Below the pieces are notes generated by a model that saw nothing but the letters and a program-made list of their open reading frames with translations, was not told the DNA's origin and did not search any database. This document shows positions 12,544 through 24,147 of a DNA stretch of 64,000 nucleotides, in pieces. Position 1 is the first letter of the stretch. The number at the start of each line of letters is the position of its first letter. Origin of the DNA: Octopus bimaculoides (lineage: Eukaryota). A program made the position numbers and the translations under genes. Location of the stretch: the NCBI RefSeq assembly GCF_001194135.2, contig NC_068981.1:116002136-116066135 (forward strand). Reading direction: 5' to 3'.

Positions 12544-13234
12544 CTCTTTTTACCCTTTACTCTTTTACTTGTTTCAGTCAATTTGACTGCGGTCTTTAGT
12601 CGAGCTAATCGACCCCAGGACTTATTATTTGTAAGCCTAGTACTTATTCTATCGGTCTCTTTTTGCCGAATCACTAAGTTACGGAGACGTAAACACACCA
12701 GCATCGGTTGTCAAGCGATGGTGGGGGGGGACAAACACAGACATATATATANNNNNNNNNNNNNNNNNNNNNNNNNNNNNNNNNNNNNNNNNNNNNNNNN
12801 NNNNNNNNNNNNNNNNNNNNNNNNNNNNNNNNNNNNNNNNNNNNNNNNNNNNNNNNNNNNNNNNNNNNNNNNNNNNNNNNNNNNNNNNNNNNNNNNNNNN
12901 NNNNNNNNNNNNNNNNNNNNNNNNNNNNNNNNNNNNNNNNNNNNNNNNNNNNNNNNNNNNNNNNNNNNNNNNNNNNNNNNNNNNNNNNNNNNNNNNNNNN
13001 NNNNNNNNNNNNNNNNNNNNNNNNNNNNNNNNNNNNNNNNNNNNNNNNNNNNNNNNNNNNNNNNNNNNNNNNNNNNNNNNNNNNNNNNNNNNNNNNNCAT
13101 ACATACGACGGGCTTCTTTCAGTTTCCGTCTACCAAATCCACTCACAAGGCTTTGGTCGGCCCGAGGCTATAGTAGAAGCCACTGAACCCGGAACCATGT
13201 GGTTGGTAAGCAAGCTACTTACCATACAGACACA
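12544..13234 (-). mobile_element. SINE family B, near full-length, with internal microsatellite collapsed into an N gap
   Basis: Minus strand: tRNA-like head ggtaagtagcttgcttaccaaccacatggttccgggttcag, body ...ggtagacggaaactgaaagaagcccgtcgt, (TA)n/gap, gtttgtccccc...gacaaccgatgctggtgtgtttacgtc, tail gactgaaacaagtaaaagagt. Confidence 0.9.
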
Positions 13235-13578
13235 TTTGGGATTTAGCAGACTAGTTAACTAGTATTATGCTATGTTATTATACGAACACAGTGTGAAAGA
13301 GAACTCAAGCGGTATGTGCGTATGTGTGTGTGTGTGTGTGTGTGTGTGATCGACAATCGATGTAATTATAATAATAAATGCGATGTACAAAGAATACTTA
13401 ATCTTACCGATCACCTCCTCAGTCAGGGCTGACTCTGTCTGAGGATGTGATCGCTATGATTAAGTGATCTTTCCAAATCGTGTTTAATATGACATCATCG
13501 ATTATCGAAACAATCATATGCAGCAGATGAAATTACAAAATACCAAATTCATGCTTCGAGTTTTTTCTCTCATAACAG

Positions 13579-13688
13579 ATGTGTTCAATGTATTACATTA
13601 CAAACCTTCACAGATTGCATAGAACACTATTGGATCACACAGCAGACGAAGTTCGACATCAACACTATGAAGAACGTCAACAAAAACG
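13579..13688 (+). other. Candidate 110-nt spliced exon of an unidentified gene or lncRNA
   Basis: Acceptor ttttttctctcataacAG, donor ACG|GTAATT, branch-point-like ttcat about 28 nt upstream; two frames open (MCSMYYITNLHRLHRTLLDHTADEVRHQHYEERQQK and CVQCITLQTFTDCIEHYWITQQTKFDINTMKNVNKN); no family recognised. Confidence 0.35.
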
Positions 13689-13749
13689 GTAATTTCGCCG
13701 AGCACCCTGCGCATTCATTTCCACCAACACACACGCGCGCGCACACACC

Positions 13750-13799
<50 letters not shown>

Positions 13800-14180
13800 G
13801 TATGATCCCAACTGTCCGACGGATAGTAACGTGAAACTCTGAGTAACAGTTAATGAATATCTTTTTCCGCTTAAAAAGAGTATATATATATAACATGTAT
13901 CTATACATGTGTAAAACTAACGAAATCCACAATTCTAATCCGATTGTGAGAATATGGTTGCGCGTTTTTTTTCTTTTTTCTTTCTTTTTCTACCTATTAG
14001 AGTAACTTTCCTTTTATTCAAAGGTTTTTCATAGCGTCTGTTGCCATTAATAGCCGTCGAGAATGTATCGTAGCTCTTCGCTCCCATATTCGAAACTCCG
14101 AGTACTATAATGACAACTTTTTACTGTTTGTTCTAAATTATAACACACACACACGCACACTCACACACACACATATATAC

Positions 14181-14218
<38 letters not shown>

Positions 14219-14606
14219 GCATACGGGCAGACAGAGAGTGTGACAGAATGAGATGGTGGTTGGAAGCAAAGTGAGGCATCAATGTACAAACACAATCGCA
14301 CACATACATCTGTATAATAAATCGGAGGGGAATTGTTATTTCTGGAAATCACCGACAGAATACTTTGTAGTATTTCCTTCAACTCTCTTCGCTTTGAGTT
14401 CAAATCTTGTCATGGCCTTCATGGGTGCCACTACCACATGATGCTTTCGGTGCCTTTAACAGTGTCTATTCTATGCTATCATTCGGTGTAGGTTTTTGGT
14501 TGGTTGATTCCTTCCTGCCTCACTCACACTAGTTTCAAGACTCTGCATAGAGCTATGGACACTACCTGCATTCCTGACAAAAAATAAATTAATAAATATG
14601 CATACA

Positions 14607-14663
<57 letters not shown>

Positions 14664-15936
14664 CTGTACATGCGTGCCTATATATATATATATATATATA
14701 TATANNNNNNNNNNNNNNNNNNNNNNNNNNNNNNNNNNNNNNNNNNNNNNNNNNNNNNNNNNNNNNNNNNNNNNNNNNTGTGTGTATTTATATGTGGTTA
14801 TGCGTACATAAGTATGTATATATGTGCATATATATACATATATATATGTATAGTATATACACATAGTATATAAGTGTGTGTGTATTTATATGTGGTTATG
14901 CGTACATAAGTATGTATATATGTGCATATATATACATATATATACACAAATATATATATATATAAACAGATATCTTTCTGTCTATATGTATATGCACACA
15001 CACATACCCATTTCTACCCACATATACATATACATACAAACATTTATATATTCATGTACATATTTATGTATATTTACACATATATACGTGTGTTTAAATA
15101 TATATCATACGTACGTCTATGTATATATGTGTGTGTGTATGTGCATGTTACTGTATGTGTGCTTTAACGATTCTTACAACGAAGCGACTTATTCGTTCAT
15201 CGCTTCTCACAATCACACATCTTTGGCTTCCAAAAGCCTTTAAGAGGCACTCAAACAACTAGCAAATATCGCCTCACTGTAAGTCTATTGATATATTTTA
15301 CACATTTCATCAGTCTTTTTAGATATTTTAACGACAAATCTTTCCTACTCTAACACTTATTCAATGTTAATATTTCTTATGAATTCTGGTGTCTGGGATT
15401 TGAATAGCGTTTTGGCATGCCAATATATTCTCTTCCACGACAGTATCTCCTTAAAACGCCTCTTCCTAATATCCTCGACATTTTTTCATCTTTGATGATA
15501 CTTGTATCTATGTGCAATCGTGTGTGCATATGAGCGTCTGCATTTGTGTGCGTTTGTTTTTGTGTGTGGATTTCTTTTCGTGTGTGCGCATGTGCGTATG
15601 CTTGTGTATGTCTCGTGCACTTATATATTGAATGCATGCGTTTTTATATATGGCAAAACTCCTGAACACACAAAAGATTGTGTATATATTTTAATCGAAT
15701 CTGAAATTTATGAAATCATTTATCTGAGTTTCATGTTGTGGGTTATGATTTTAGGAAGTTGTGTAGCAAAATATTAAAAACAGTATTTTCAAACATATGG
15801 AAAAGCATCAGTTATCAAGATGTGGCTTGTTTCCAAAAACGTTAGAAAATTATCATTTATTTAAGTGTTATGCACTGAACTCGTACTATATTAATTTAAT
15901 CATATGCAAAATTGACTTTTTATGTCTCCAGTACTA

Positions 15937-16442
15937 TACGAGGTGGCTTCACAAAGTATCCAACTTCATTTTTTTCTGCTAAAACTAATACCGCGTGTTC
16001 AAAATCCTTTGGATGGGGAATGACGTCTACCTGCATGCGGATTCGTGAACGTTTTCGTGCCCGCCGCCGCAGTTCTCGGCTGTGTAAAGACGTGTAGCGC
16101 GGCTCGTTGGATTTTCGTTTTCACGCAAGATGACCGAAAGCATTGAGCAGAGACCATAAATCCGCGTCTCATCACCATTGATGATGGTCTTCATGAAGTA
16201 TGGGTCGTGGTTTACACAGTCCAGCATGTCTTGAGCGATTTCAATGTGGAGTTGCTTCTACTGCGCACTATACGTCTGTACTCTAGGCGTAAAAGCTAGG
16301 AACTGACACAGCCTACCGGCGCAAAAAGTTTCACGCATGCGCAAGAAAGTTGGCATTACCTCCCACGCAAAGGATTTTGCCCACGTGGTATTAGTTTTGG
16401 CAAGAAAAAAGAAAGTCGGATACTTTTTGAACGCATCTCATG
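15937..16442 (+). mobile_element. Non-autonomous mariner (Tc1/mariner) derivative with deletion and internal inversion
   Basis: About 60-bp TIRs TACGAGGTGGCTTCACAAAGTATCC / GGATACTTTTTGAACGCATCTCATG; plus-strand MTESIEQR start at 16130; minus-strand KQLHIEIAQDMLDCVNHDPYFMKTIINGDETRIYG at 16154-16260. Confidence 0.9.
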
Positions 16443-17214
16443 TCTTCATATCACATCGTTTGGTAAAAGAATAGGGTGGGGAATCGTTTATTTCTCAACA
16501 GTTTTCATAAACGAAAGCAGTCACCTTTCCTGCTTTTGTGCGTTACTAAACTCACTTAAGCAAGATGGGTATTCTTTGTGAAAGGAAGATTTGTGTTGCT
16601 GAATAAATGAATATTTTGTTAACATTTTCTAAAAATCATATAGCTATTTTCCGATGGCTAGTACATGGCGAATACATTACGGAGGAAATATTCTAATTCA
16701 AACAGCTGTAGAGGAGGAATTCGCTTTCAAGAATTCACTAATTCTCTTTTGCTCAAAATTCCAAAGGAATATAAAAAACTGTAATTCATTTACAAGTGAT
16801 AAAGGGGTCATTTATCTTGTTATTCATGTAGGGGGTCGATCGATAACTGTTAATAATATCATCCTCGGTTGCAGTTGCAACCAAATTAAGAGCTTGGTGA
16901 GTGATAGAGCTGGTGTTCATATAGGCATAGGTAATAAGGTGGGCAAGGTGTCTATGGATGTGTATATATATGCATTTACCTAAGAAACACTGGATTATTA
17001 TAATTTTGCTAAAATTTTGTGTGGTGTATCCTGAAAGTTGTTGGTGTATTTTAAAAACTCTTATCTGTTATCAGATACGAGATTTTAAAAGTCAGGTTCA
17101 AAGAATTCCCAAACTTTGGGCTCATGGGACACTAAAGACATCAGAAGCCGAATTTGTTCTTGACAACCGGTTGTCTGAGCAAAACGTGGGTGAAGGACAA
17201 ACACAAACACAAAA

Positions 17215-17334
<120 letters not shown>

Positions 17335-17339
17335 TAAAT

Positions 17340-17815
17340 TTGGGTAGCTTATAAGCTTTTTATCAATCTAAAGGCAAATTTACAGACATCAATAAGGTGA
17401 CAGAGTGTACAAAGTGGTACCGGCATTGCTAGAAATAAGAGTCAAAACTTTTGGTAAACGCTGACAAGGGAGGCAAACTTCCCTACTGTCGCCGACATAT
17501 CCATATCACTTGTGATTTCGAATTTTGATGCAGAGCATCAGTTGCTCTTACCGTGGCTCTTACTGTGCTAATTGGTTAAGCTGAAGTCACCCCGTCAACT
17601 TACAAGAGAAACCATTGCAAACGTGCTGATTTCAAAAACGGTAGAGGTGAAAGCTGTATATAATATGGGTGGCTTACAAGCAATTTAACAACCAAAAGGC
17701 AAATTTATAGACGTCACTAAGGTGACAGAGGGTACGAAGTGGCACCTAAATTGCCAGAAATAAGAGTCAAAATGACTCATTAGGCACAAGAGCACTGTCT
17801 TAATAAACTGACAAT
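17340..17815 (+). mobile_element. Two direct, truncated single-arm copies of the 10.5-11 kb foldback family
   Basis: Shared motifs cgtcactaaggtgac, cattgctagaaataagagtcaaaa, ctgacaagggaggcaaacttccctac at about 17385-17490 and 17710-17815. Confidence 0.75.
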
Positions 17816-17990
17816 GGAGAAGACGAAGACAGGCGTAGGAACAACATGTAGGTGTACTAGTTTAACGCTCGGGAAGAATGTAAAAGTATTTTACGTTTCA
17901 ACCTTACGCTCTTCGACAGAAAGGACTGGATTAAGAGGTAAAAACAGAGAGAATGAAAAAACGGAGAGAGGAATTGTTGTAGGAATTAAC
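17816..17990 (-). mobile_element. Solo pseudo-LTR fragment of Neptune-type PLE with variant hammerhead motif
   Basis: agacgaagacagg..aacaac..aggtgta..agtttaacgct..acgtttc..acgctcttcgacagaaag matches 48955-49065. Confidence 0.75.
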
Positions 17991-17995
17991 ACTTC

Positions 17996-18032
<37 letters not shown>

Positions 18033-18847
18033 AAAAAAAAATCGTCAGGATATTTTGGAATAACTTCTTTCATTTATTTTATACATATAATAGCGCTTTC
18101 GTTCGTCTTTCGAACTTGTCAAATATAACTGTGAAAATACAGAGATCTAGCTTATTTATATAAAAACAGGTGTTTTGGGGGGTTTTGTTTATAACAGAAC
18201 ATTGTTTTGTTTTGGGGGGTGAGGCTTTGGAGACAATGGAAGATGTATAAGCAAATAGATAAATAAATAGGCAGATAGAGAGATAGATAGATAGACTGAT
18301 AGTCAGACAGATAGAGAGATGGATGTGATAAAAGAGAGAGAGAAGGGCCATTGTATTGAATTGGCCCTTCTCTCTCTAAATATTTGCTTCACTAGCTAGA
18401 AATAGCAACCAAATTACTCTCAAACCATAATCATCTTAGAAAGAAAAACAATAATAGATATATCGTGCATCCACTGTGCGGGAGAATAAAACAAAACAGA
18501 AAAGTCTCGGATAAAACAGCACGGATTAGAGCCAACTTAAGTTTCAATAACCGAATTTACTAAAAGTTTTAAACGGGTATCCAGCCTAAGCACACACAAG
18601 CATGAAGACAATGTCAAAATGACAAGAAAGAATAAAATAAAGTATAATGTAATGAAGAAATATGAATTTAGTCAGAGTCAAACTATTGGCGGGAGTATCT
18701 TCTTTCAGTTTGACGGAAACATACTAATGATATTCCAGTCTTAGAAATATACAGATATACAAGCACAGATGCGTTTTCTAGCATAAACTGACAATAACAT
18801 CTGTAAATTCCTTGCACTCATTCCAGTGTAACGAAAATTTTTAACAC

Positions 18848-18880
<33 letters not shown>

Positions 18881-18970
18881 ACACACCAATACACACACCC
18901 AAGTTTTATATATTAACGTGTATAGATATACGTCTGTATGACAATATATATACATACATATGTGAGTATG

Positions 18971-19022
<52 letters not shown>

Positions 19023-19314
19023 TAAAAACATGCATACACCACACACACGCATGTGTGTGTGTGCGCTCTTGTAAGTATACCATATTTTTGGTTTTCTTCC
19101 TCTAGACACGTTCTGAAGAAGACCTTGAAGTTGAATCGTCAGTCATCTTGACGTTTTTTCCTGTCTTCCAGCCCAAAACTAATAAGCTCACGGAGGTCTT
19201 ATAGATAAAAAAAAAAGCAACATACATACATTTATATATATGCATACACACACATGTATGCATATGTATAAGCATTCGAATATTTGCTCATATATATATA
19301 TATATATATATATA

Positions 19315-19500
19315 GTTCAAATTCACAGAAAACGAAAGACGGAATCAGGTGAAGGAACAACAAACAGGTGTATTAGTGTAACACTCAGAAATAATGGAAA
19401 AGTTTTTCACATTTCGAGCCTACGCTCTTCGACAGAAACGATTAAGTGGTAAAAAAACAAAACAAAAAAGAAAACGGAGATAAAAATAATATGTGTAAGG
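19315..19500 (-). mobile_element. Solo pseudo-LTR fragment of Neptune-type PLE with variant hammerhead motif
   Basis: aggtgtattagt...atttcgagcctacgctcttcgacagaaa; same family as 17816 and 48955. Confidence 0.75.
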
Positions 19501-19877
19501 ATTAACGGTTCAACATGATATATATATATATATATACGAACACTGAAATTCTCGAACAAATGAGAAGTAAGTGGCCAATGCAAGCTGTAAAGTATATAAG
19601 TTATCGAAACCGTTTAACTTGTGAGTCAGCTTTTAGAGCACTTCTAGCAGCAGGTGAGAAGATCGTATCTGTGTGAAAATCAAGTCGGGAAATATTCAAT
19701 ACTTATCCAAATGCATACATATATGAGCGCTCAAGTGTGCGTGCGTGAGTGTATATGTGTATGCGTATACAAATTTCAAGCGATACTAGGCATATATTAA
19801 AAACATAATTCGCTTCATATGGAAGCATGCATTACTGTATAGATAAGATATATTAGTATACACATACTCACACACAT

Positions 19878-20147
19878 GCCTCACGCTATGAGGGACTCTT
19901 AAAGTCAAAACTACCATAATAAATACAGTGTATCGAACGCGAGGAAATGCAACTCTTGAAGCGAGTCACTTAAAACAGATTCGGCCGCATATCATATGAT
20001 TTTATAATTACTAATCAAAGTGCACTTTTTAATCGTCAGTGCAAGCAAAATCAAGACACATAAAAATGAACAAAAATCAACACACCAGACGGTACACTGT
20101 ATTTATTATGGTAGCTTTGTCTTTAAGAATCCCTCATAGCGTGAGGC
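19878..20147. mobile_element. 270-bp MITE-like element with 57-bp terminal inverted repeats
   Basis: Arms 19878-19934 and 20091-20147 match at 53/57; no TSD identified. Confidence 0.85.
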
Positions 20148-20757
20148 CTTCAAGTGTAGTAATGCCCTTAATATAAATAAATATATTTTAAAGAGAATAA
20201 TCATAATTTTTTCCTTACGAGGTTTTTTCACGCTGACTACTTGATAAATTCTTATAAAGGTCTCATCCTATTTTTATACATACATATATATATATATTCA
20301 TATATATATATACTTGTGTGTGCGCGCGTGTGTGTGTATATTCGCGCGTTTGTGTGCGTGCGCGTACGTGTGCATGTGTGTGTATGTGTGTGTTCCATTC
20401 TATAAGTTGGTCCCCTATATAGCTGAAATTTCAAACCATGGTTTTGTAAGATAATTTAGGCATTCTTTCAATCATTAGTCGCCAAAATTTCACTCTACGA
20501 AAACTTTCTCTTCAATTTGTTCGAATGTGGATTTTTATGCGTCTGGTGAATTAAAAATATTCCCATTAGCGTCCCAGATAGGACACAGTCAAATTCTTAA
20601 AAATATTTATACTTACGCATCCTACATCATATATTTGTATCTCAGAATACATTTTTATCTCTTGAGATAAAATATTTGTTATTTGTTATGATTTGATTCA
20701 TGTCATAAAGACATCAGAAAAGCAACTTTTCAGCTTCGCCACCATTAATTTTTCAAT

Positions 20758-20855
20758 TATGCAAAGAATAAGGTCTGGGGTTCATTTGTTGGACTAAAGG
20801 CGGTGCTCCAGCATGGCCGTAGTCAAATGACTGAAACAAAAGAATCAAAGAATAA
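20758..20855 (+). mobile_element. SINE family B, 3' tail fragment
   Basis: caaagaataaggtctggggttcatttgttggactaaaggcggtgctccagcatggccgtagtcaaatgactgaaacaaaaga. Confidence 0.8.
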
Positions 20856-20882
20856 TATATGTATGTATGAATATATATGTGC

Positions 20883-20927
<45 letters not shown>

Positions 20928-21273
20928 TGTGTCTGTGTCTGTGTATACATATATATATGTATATATATATTGTAAGAAAAAATGGAAAAAGATGGATATA
21001 TGAATAATTTATTTCTATGATATAGAGATGTTGAATTTTTCTTTAAAAATAACAATACAAATAAATTATTAGTGGTAAAGCTCAAAAAGAAAATAGGAGA
21101 TGCGAAAAACCTACGTATAAATTTTAGCTCTATCCCCGAGTAGATATGCAATTCTAAGCATTTGGTTATATGTTAAGAATGGTATAATTTTTAACTATAT
21201 GGGGCAAACTTCTTCAGTCTTATTATGAGCTTATAAAATTAAGATTAACATTTTTCTTGGACAGATGCATAAT

Positions 21274-21305
<32 letters not shown>

Positions 21306-22507
21306 GTAGATACACACAAACACACACACACACATACATACATACATATATATACATATAAATATATATATATATATATATATANNNNNNNNNNNNNNNN
21401 NNNNNNNNNNNNNNNNNNNNNNNNNNNNNNNNNNNNNNNNNNNNNNNNNNNNNNNNNNNNNNNNNNNNNNNNNNNNNNNNNNNNNNNNNNNNNNNNNNNN
21501 NNNNNNNNNNNNNNNNNNNNNNNNNNNNNNNNNNNNNNNNNNNNNNNNNNNNNNNNNNNNNNNNNNNNNNNNNNNNNNNNNNNNNNNNNNNNNNNNNNNN
21601 NNNNNNNNNNNNNNNNNNNNNNNNNNNNNNNNNNNNNNNNNNNNNNNNNNNNNNNNNNNNNNNNNNNNNNNNNNNNNNNNNNNNNNNNNNNNNNNNNNNN
21701 NNNNNNNNNNNNNNNNNNNNNNNNNNNNNNNNNNNNNNNNNNNNNNNNNNNNNNNNNNNNNNNNNNNNNNNNNNNNNNNNNNNNNNNNNNNATATATATA
21801 TATATAATTGGAAAAATTGGAGTCAGCAAATAGGGGTACAGTTGAGCATTTATTTTTTAATCGCTACAATTGTTTCGATGCAACGTAGTTCTCCAGGTGT
21901 GCAGGTACTTGATTATACAACTGTTTCCCTGTATTGTAAGATCTAGTTATGTTTCCTCATGTGATATGTAAATATTGTATCCGTAAGTTTAAAATGCTTG
22001 GCTTCAAGAGCATCTTGTATGTCTGTCGTGACCTGCATTTAGTAGTAGTCACTGAGCTTATCAGGGTGTTTTCTTGCTGAAGGGCCGTTGGCAGACTGCA
22101 TTGAATATGTCGATGTAGTGGGATAATGATTTTGGTACTGTTAAAGTGGTTGCCATTTTAAAGGGATTGGTATTTTATTTCATTGTGCTGCTGATTTGTT
22201 CTTCATGGTTGGTTACACATGCGATTGTCGTTCGCTGACTTTTAAGATTCAATGCTCGGATACATACACACATACAGACGCGCACACACAACACACACGC
22301 ACACACACACACAGATATACATTCACACACACATACATATATACGAGCGCGAAACTGCAAGGACTTTTCGGACTCCGACTGAGGAAGAAATCGACTGCGA
22401 ATGATCCTACTATATTGTTTTTGTCCTGTTTGCCCTGTTATGCTATCGTCTATTTGCCCGCATATTCTGCTTTGTTGATTTCTGCTTCTTGGTGTTCTAC
22501 CTTTCAT

Positions 22508-22544
<37 letters not shown>

Positions 22545-23384
22545 NNNNNNNNNNNNNNNNNNNNNNNNNNNNNNNNNNNNNNNNNNNNNNNNNNNNNNNN
22601 NNNNNNNNNNNNNNNNNNNNNNNNNNNNNNNNNNNNNNNNNNNNNNNNNNNNNNNNNNNNNNNNNNNNNNNNNNNNNNNNNNNNNNNNNNNNNNNNNNNN
22701 NNNNNNNNNNNNNNNNNNTTGTCTATGAAATTGTCTGCATGCATTTGTGATTATAAGTGTTTACGTATATTTGTGTAACTAAAATCTCATCTTTTCGTAT
22801 ATTATTTCATTCTTTACCAAGCAGTCTGAGAATTCTTTCACCAATTTCATATCAGACCACTTTGATATTTTCAGTCGACACGTTGTTAGGGTAGTAAGTG
22901 CAAAATATTTTCAGAGTGATATGAGGAAGAAAGCTTAACTGAGCTTTCAGCTACATGCATGCTTGTCCATCTTTGGATATATGTTTAAAATAATTTCTAC
23001 TAAGCTTTGAAAGAATTTTGTGTTGGACACTATTAATTGGAACTTCTCTGAAATTATTAGCGCAAACATCTGTTGTTGACAATTAAAAGTGTTGGATATT
23101 GGAACTGGTTGGCACTTAAAGCAAGGTGTTCAATAGTCGTAACGCTGTAGTTAGTACGGAGCGGTAGTTATTGATGTGGAATTGTTTATGTTATTAAGGC
23201 GATGTGATAGGGGATTGTGTCAATAATTTTTAAATCGGATTTTTATTTTGCTGAATATAAAGTACACATTTATTCATAATATTATAAGAATCCGTTGCAT
23301 ACTAACCCTTACATAGCGGGACAGAGACATAAATAGGTGTGCCTAGGTTTGTGTGTGCATGTCTATGTACATGTATAAAATGTA

Positions 23385-23602
23385 TCATATTGGATTCAAA
23401 TTTTGGCACATGGCCAGCAGGTTTCGGAGAAAGGCTAAGTTGATTACATCGACCCCAGCGTTTAACTGGTATTCATATTATCGAACCCGAAGGGCGAGAG
23501 GCAAAGTAGCCCAGGTGGAATCTGAACGCAAAACATTTAGACGGATGAAATGCCGTCAAGTATTTCGCCCGGCGTGCTAACGATTCTGCCAGCTCTCCGC
23601 TT
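23385..23602 (-). mobile_element. SINE family A
   Basis: gattacatcgaccccag...cgcccggcgtgctaacgattctgccagctc. Confidence 0.88.
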
Positions 23603-23972
23603 AATGTAACTTATAATACTGAATTAGTATTTAAGCATTATAGAAACGTATCCATTTGTTTAATATCTTGTTCAACCCCTAGATAGTATTACTTCAATAA
23701 ACTAGGTATAGGAAAGAGTTTCCATAGAGGTAAATTAGATAAAAAGAATGTCAAGAGCAAAATATTTAGAAGACTATAAAGCAAACATCTCAATGATATT
23801 TCAAGATTTCATTATTAATCCTACAACTGTAATTATGTAATAATTATAGAGATAATGATGTTTGTATTTAAACTGTGGAAACAGCTGTACGACTTATTAA
23901 TGAAATCTGTAAATATCATTTAGAGATTTTCTTTTTCCCTATTCTTATACACACACACACACACACACACAT

Positions 23973-24020
<48 letters not shown>

Positions 24021-24074
24021 CACACACACATATGTATATACATAAAACACACACACACACATCATGCATTTGAA

Positions 24075-24147
24075 ATTGGCTTCTTTCGGTTTCCCTCTAC
24101 TAAATCCACTCACTATGGTCGGCCCAAGGCTATAATAGAAGACAGAA
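24075..24147 (-). mobile_element. SINE family B fragment
   Basis: ggcttctttcggtttccctctactaaatccactcactatggtcggcccaaggctataatagaagac. Confidence 0.8.

Noticed and set aside
16654-17200. ORFs 16654 and 16958 as a host gene
   Set aside because: No recognisable domain and only mediocre splice signals on either strand
18335-18377. Perfect 16-bp hairpin
   Set aside because: Half of the stem is (GA)n/(TC)n microsatellite, so chance pairing is likely
19105-19148. Hammerhead on the plus strand (CUGAAGAAGA...GAAUCGUC)
   Set aside because: GAAA is mutated and stem II does not pair; at most a PLE relic
21840-23330. Possible additional retroelement coding remnants
   Set aside because: No diagnostic motif could be recovered in any frame; left unassigned
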